From an uncultured Pseudomonadota bacterium (GTDB lineage: Bacteria; Myxococcota_A; Polyangia; Fen-1088): a stretch of DNA of 64,000 nt. A program made the position numbers and the translations under genes. The notes below the pieces were generated by a model that worked only from the letters and a program-made list of their open reading frames with translations, had not been told where the DNA came from and did no database searches. The DNA lies in contig CAWKBC010000029.1 of NCBI GenBank assembly GCA_963847705.1, forward strand, positions 128,001 through 192,000. The letters are read 5' to 3'. Shown piece after piece: positions 59,556-64,000 of the stretch. Position 1 is the stretch's first letter. Each line of letters starts with the position of its first letter.

Positions 59556-60830
59556 ATGGCTGATGTCCCCCCCGGCGTGAAAGGGATGAACGACGTCCTT
59601 CCGCCGGACGTCTCGAAGTGGCAGTTCGTCGAGGAGAAGGCGCGCGGCGTCCTGGAAGCGTTCGCCTACCGGGAGCTGCGGACGCCCGTCCTCGAGTACA
59701 CGCCGCTCTTCGTCCGCTCGGTCGGCGAGGTGACCGACGTGGTCGAGAAGCAGATGTACACCTTCGACGACCGCGACGGCCGCTCGGTCAGCCTGCGCCC
59801 CGAGGGGACCGCCTCCGCCGTGCGGGCTTACATCGAGAACGCGCAGTGGAACCGCGAGCCGGTCACCCGCTGGTACTACCTCGGCCCCATGTTCCGGCAC
59901 GAGCGGGCCCAGCGCGGCCGGCTGCGCCAGTTCCACCAGATCGGGGCCGAGTGGTTCGGCGTCAACGAGCCGTCGGCCGACGCCGAGACGATCGCCATGC
60001 TGGCCACGATGATCGAGGAGATTGGCATCCCGGCCGGCGCGCTGGAGGTGAGCCTCAACTCGCTGGGCGAGCCCGAGGAGCGGGCCGCCTACCGGGAGGC
60101 GCTGGTGGCCTTCTACCGCGGCCACCTCGAGGTCCTGGACGAGGAGGCCCGGCGCCGCCTGGAGACCAACCCGTTGCGGATCCTCGACTCGAAGAGCCCC
60201 GACATCGTCGCCCTCAACGCCAGCGCGCCCGTGCTGCTGGAGACGCTCAGCCCCGGCTCACAGGCCCGGTTCGCCAAGGTGCGCGAGCTGCTCACGGCGC
60301 TGGGCGTGCGCCACACGCTGGACCAGCGCCTGGTGCGCGGCCTCGACTACTACACGGCCACGATCTTCGAGATCAAGACGACCGCCGGCGAGCTGGGGGC
60401 GCAGAACACCATCTGCGGCGGCGGCCGCTACGACGGCCTGGTCGCCTCGCTGGGGGGGCCGAAGACGCCCGCCATCGGGTTCGCGCTCGGCGTCGAGCGG
60501 ACGCTCCTCGCCCTGACCCAGCCCGCCGACAGCTACGAGCGTCCGGTGAACGCTTTCTTTGCCTCGATGGACGAGGCCTCGCTCGCCTATGCCCTCCCGC
60601 TGGCCCACCGCCTTCGCGCAGCCGGGATCAGCGTCGAGATCGAGCACCGGGGCGGCAAGGTGGGAACCCAGCTCAAGCGCGCGGACAAGCTGCGGGCGCG
60701 GGTGGCCGTCATCATCGGCGGCAACGAGGTCGCCTCCGGCAACCTCACGGTCAAGGACCTCGCCAGGAGCACCCAGTTCACGGTCGCTGCGGCGGACCTC
60801 GAAGCGAAGATCCGCCAGCTCCTGGACTGA
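59556..60830 (+). CDS. hisS: Histidine-tRNA ligase
   Basis: LRPEGTA, FRHERAQRGRLRQFHQ, LVRGLDYY and GGRYD motifs. Confidence 0.97.
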   Translation: MADVPPGVKGMNDVLPPDVSKWQFVEEKARGVLEAFAYRELRTPVLEYTPLFVRSVGEVTDVVEKQMYTFDDRDGRSVSLRPEGTASAVRAYIENAQWNREPVTRWYYLGPMFRHERAQRGRLRQFHQIGAEWFGVNEPSADAETIAMLATMIEEIGIPAGALEVSLNSLGEPEERAAYREALVAFYRGHLEVLDEEARRRLETNPLRILDSKSPDIVALNASAPVLLETLSPGSQARFAKVRELLTALGVRHTLDQRLVRGLDYYTATIFEIKTTAGELGAQNTICGGGRYDGLVASLGGPKTPAIGFALGVERTLLALTQPADSYERPVNAFFASMDEASLAYALPLAHRLRAAGISVEIEHRGGKVGTQLKRADKLRARVAVIIGGNEVASGNLTVKDLARSTQFTVAAADLEAKIRQLLD

Positions 60831-60880
60831 CGGCAAAGGCCAACGGCGACGGTGACGCTCGGCTGGTCGGGGCCTGCTTC

Positions 60881-61021
60881 GGGGCGGGGAGTTGCCTGGC
60901 GGGGAACGCGGCCTAACTGACCGGCGGACCGGTCACGTGGCCGCTCCTCTTCGCGCTGGCATCCTCGCCGCGGACGGCGAGGAGCGCGCTCCCAGGTCCC
61001 CGCCAGACAACTCCCCGCCCC
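60881..61021. repeat. Structured palindromic element (25-bp outer inverted repeat, two inner hairpins)
   Basis: 60881..60905 vs the reverse complement of 60997..61021 is 24/25. Confidence 0.8.
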
Positions 61022-61174
61022 TCGCCCACCCCCTCCCACAATCCACACCGCCCCCATCGGGCAGGCGGCAAGGAACAGACCTCATCAGAGACTTTAAGAA
61101 TCGTCCGGAGGTACCAGGAACACTTGACCCCGGGCACCCTCGGAAGCAGCCCATTTTGGGGACAGGGGCCGGCA

Positions 61175-61234
61175 AAACGAAAAAGGACCCGTCTGGGCCC
61201 TCGGTAGAAACGAAAAAAGGGCCCGTCTGGGCCC
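61175..61234 (-). terminator. Tandem duplicated intrinsic terminators downstream of amt
   Basis: gggcccagacggg(c/t)cc followed by a T-tract, twice on the minus strand. Confidence 0.7.
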
Positions 61235-61512
61235 AGGTTGATCGGAGGCGGGCTTTGCCCGCCGGAGACTTATGTGCCGAGCAAGATCTGGGTTCGGCTC
61301 TCGTCGCGATCCCGGGGTGGGCCCGCGCAGCGAGCGAAGCGAGCGTAAGGGATGGCGCCCCCGGTTGCCCGGGGGCGCCGTCCACCCCAACACGACCGAG
61401 GAACCACCCTCGTGTCGCGTGGCCCCCGCCGGGTTTGTGAGCCCGGCAGGCACCATCTTTTTGCGCGAGGGCCCCGGCTGAACCCGGGACCCTCGCTTGA
61501 AACGCCGTGCCT

Positions 61513-63048
61513 TTAGGTCGCCGGGCTGGGGACAACTGCCCGCGCCGTCGCGGTGCCAGTCGCCTCTTCCGGAAGAACGAACCCGTGCGACGAACCCACG
61601 AGCTCCGGGTAGGCGCCGCCACCGTGCTCGTGGAGGTCCATTCCTTCGAGCTCGCCCTCTTTCGAGATGCGGAGGCCGACGGTGATCTTGACGAAGTACA
61701 TCATGAGCAGCGAACCGACGAAGGTCGCGCCGCCGATGGCCGCGCTGCCGATCGCCTGTCCGATGAGCTGGTTGACGCCACCGCCGTAGAAGAGGCCGGT
61801 GACGACCGAGGCCGCCGAGTTGTCGGCCCCCGTCGGCGTCGGCGCGCCGTACTGACCGGTCGCGAAGAGGCCGAGCGAGAGCGTGCCCCAGATGCCAGCG
61901 GCGCCGTGGACGGCAACCGCGCCAACCGGATCGTCGATCCGGAGGTACTCCAGCAGGTCGACGCAGAGGGCGCAGACCGGGCCGGCGATGGCGCCCAGCA
62001 CGATGGCGCCGAAGGGCGACACCCAGTAGCAGGGGCAGGTGATGGCCACCAGGCCGGCGAGGAAGCCGTTGATGGTCATGCCGCAGTCCCACACCTTGTT
62101 CTTCGGGTACATCCAGAACATGGCGCCCAGACCACCGGCACAGGCGGCCAGCGTGGTGTTGGCGGCAACGCGCCCGATGCCGGCCGCGTCCATGGCGGAC
62201 AGGGTCGAGCCCGGGTTGAAGCCGTACCAGCCGAACCAGAGGATGACGCCGCCAACGGCCGCGATGGTCATGTCGTGGCCGGGCATCGCCCCGCCGCCGT
62301 CGCGCTTGAACTTACGTCCCAGGCGCGGTCCGAGGACGATGGCGCCCGCGAGCGACACCATGCCGCCGATCGTGTGGACGACCGTCGAGCCGGCGAAGTC
62401 GTGGAAGGCGGCCGGGTGGATGGTGTTCAACCAGCCGTCCGGACCCCAGGCCCAGTGGCCGAAGATCGGGTAGATGAAGCCCGAGACGAAGAATGAGTAC
62501 ACGAGGTCGCCCACGAACCCGGTGCGGCCGATCATGGCGCCCGAGGTGACCGTCGAGCAGGTGTCGGCGAAGGCGTACTGGAAGAGGAAGAACGCCAGGA
62601 TGGACACGCCGGTGGACCCGTAGGTGTCGGGCGCGCCATGCAGGAAGAAGTACTGGTGGCCGATGAAGCCGTTGCCCGCGCCGAACATGAACGCGAAGCC
62701 GAAGGCCCAGAAGAGCAGCCCGCAGAGGCAGGTGTCGACGATCCCCTCGAGGAGGACGTTCACCGTCTCACGCGTCCGGGCGAACCCGGCCTCGAGGAAC
62801 ATGAACCCGGCTTGCATGAAGAACACGAGGAATGCCGTCACCAGCACCCACATGTTGTTGATCGGGTTGACGTAGAGGGGCACGGGAGCCGCGGCGTCGT
62901 CCGCCAAGGCCTTGTGCCCGAAGTAGTGCGGAACTCCCGCAATGATCAGAAAGAGGAGCGCGAGCCCCAGCGCCTTGCCACCGAGGAGGGCGTAGAAAAC
63001 ACGCCTTCGCTCAGAGGTCTTCATCCCGTCCATGAACCGTTTGATCAC
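61513..63048 (-). CDS. amt: Ammonium transporter
   Basis: FMQAGF..LEAG, DFAGSTVVH, LWFGWYGFN and DDPVGAVAVHG motifs; GTG start after AGGAGG. Confidence 0.96.
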   Translation of the reverse strand: MIKRFMDGMKTSERRRVFYALLGGKALGLALLFLIIAGVPHYFGHKALADDAAAPVPLYVNPINNMWVLVTAFLVFFMQAGFMFLEAGFARTRETVNVLLEGIVDTCLCGLLFWAFGFAFMFGAGNGFIGHQYFFLHGAPDTYGSTGVSILAFFLFQYAFADTCSTVTSGAMIGRTGFVGDLVYSFFVSGFIYPIFGHWAWGPDGWLNTIHPAAFHDFAGSTVVHTIGGMVSLAGAIVLGPRLGRKFKRDGGGAMPGHDMTIAAVGGVILWFGWYGFNPGSTLSAMDAAGIGRVAANTTLAACAGGLGAMFWMYPKNKVWDCGMTINGFLAGLVAITCPCYWVSPFGAIVLGAIAGPVCALCVDLLEYLRIDDPVGAVAVHGAAGIWGTLSLGLFATGQYGAPTPTGADNSAASVVTGLFYGGGVNQLIGQAIGSAAIGGATFVGSLLMMYFVKITVGLRISKEGELEGMDLHEHGGGAYPELVGSSHGFVLPEEATGTATARAVVPSPAT

Positions 63049-63245
63049 GATGTCCCTCCTAGTTTTCTCGACGCCATCTGGGCGCCTGGGGGACATCATG
63101 GCGGCTTTGCATTTCGCAATTATTTCCAGATGTACCTAGTTCCGTAACTACAGCAACTTACGGCGACACACCTTGTTAACATCCGCCGACACCTGCAATT
63201 CGCAGCCGCAGGACCCGCGAAATGCAAAACCGCGGGTGGCGATTT

Positions 63246-64000
63246 TCAAGCCTTGTCGAGGTCGAAACCGTCGTGCAACGCGCGGACGGCCAGCTCGGCG
63301 TACTTGGCCTCAATCACACAGGAAATCTTGATCTCGGAGGTCGAGATCAGGTGCACGGTGATGTTCTCGCGCGCGAGGATCTCGAACATCTTCAGCGCCA
63401 CGCCGGCGTGCGACCGCATACCGACGCCGACCACCGAAACCTTGGAGAGATTCGTCTCCGTCTTGATCTGATCGGCCGGACAAAGATGTCCGCACTGCTT
63501 GACCAAGAGCTCCTTGGCGCGCGCCATGTCGGCGGACGGCAGCGTGAAGGTCAGGTTGGTGCGCCCGTTTTCGACGTAGGCCTGGACGATCACGTCGACC
63601 ACGATCCCGGCGGCCGCCAGGGGGCGAAACACCATCGCCTGGATGCCCGGCTGGTCGGAGATCCCGTGCAGCGTGATCTTGGCTTCGTCGCGCGAGGCGG
63701 TGACGCCGGAGACCATGATCGATTCCATCGCTTTTTCTTCCGGCACGACCCACGTCCCTTCGTTGTCGTTGAAGCTCGAGCGCACGTGAATCGGGACGCC
63801 GAACTTCATCCCGAACTCGACCGAGCGAATCTGCAGAACCTTGGCCCCCAGCGAGGCCAGCTCCAGCATCTCTTCGTAGCTGATGCGGCCGACCTTGCGC
63901 GCGGTGGGGACGACGTTGGGATCGGCGGTGTAGACGCCGTCCACGTCGGTGTAGATCTCGCACACGTCGGCCTTGAGCGCGGCCGCGATGGCCACCCCCG
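63246..64000 (-). CDS. lysC: Aspartate kinase, C-terminal part (runs off the window)
   Basis: [26 protein letters not shown] and two ACT domains (STSEIKIS). Confidence 0.96.
   Translation of the reverse strand, partial: GVAIAAALKADVCEIYTDVDGVYTADPNVVPTARKVGRISYEEMLELASLGAKVLQIRSVEFGMKFGVPIHVRSSFNDNEGTWVVPEEKAMESIMVSGVTASRDEAKITLHGISDQPGIQAMVFRPLAAAGIVVDVIVQAYVENGRTNLTFTLPSADMARAKELLVKQCGHLCPADQIKTETNLSKVSVVGVGMRSHAGVALKMFEILARENITVHLISTSEIKISCVIEAKYAELAVRALHDGFDLDKA

Noticed and set aside
61125-61165. SRP RNA suggested by GGAAGCAGC
   Set aside because: The rest of the helix 8 motif (CAGG..GNRA) and the long stem are missing.

Overview
A high-GC bacterial chromosome segment; gene content (Gly/Cys-rich lipoproteins, PP2C-cNMP fusion, Ser/Thr kinase) suggests Myxococcota, which is an inference. 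Positions 1-27 kb are accessory DNA. (i) 1-6 kb is a duplicated, decaying mosaic with a vapBC pair and a GT-C glycosyltransferase. (ii) 6.2-12 kb holds a candidate two-gene anti-phage locus: a calcineurin-like phosphoesterase-STAND NTPase followed by a Cap12-type TIR fused to a beta-barrel. An IS630 carrying a passenger gene has inserted exactly in the first gene's stop codon. (iii) 12684-27037 is a 14.3-kb integrative mobilizable element in the 3' end of tRNA-Glu(CTC). It carries a pTF-FC2-like mobABCDE/oriT module, its own sigma-28-like factor, an orphan Rhs toxin-immunity pair, xis, and an integrase whose reading frame crosses the att core, so excision would swap a 5-aa tail for a 71-aa tail. 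Positions 27-64 kb are mostly core genes (fumC, dinB, thiO, apbE, tkt, tsaE, pfkB kinase, mtnP, carA, pyrC, pyrB, pyrR, hisS, amt, lysC). This part is interrupted by a RAYT-like HUH element with 27-bp inverted ends and tandem arrays, a second vapBC pair, and several structured intergenic repeats. All calls come from motif reading by eye; no database searches were run.
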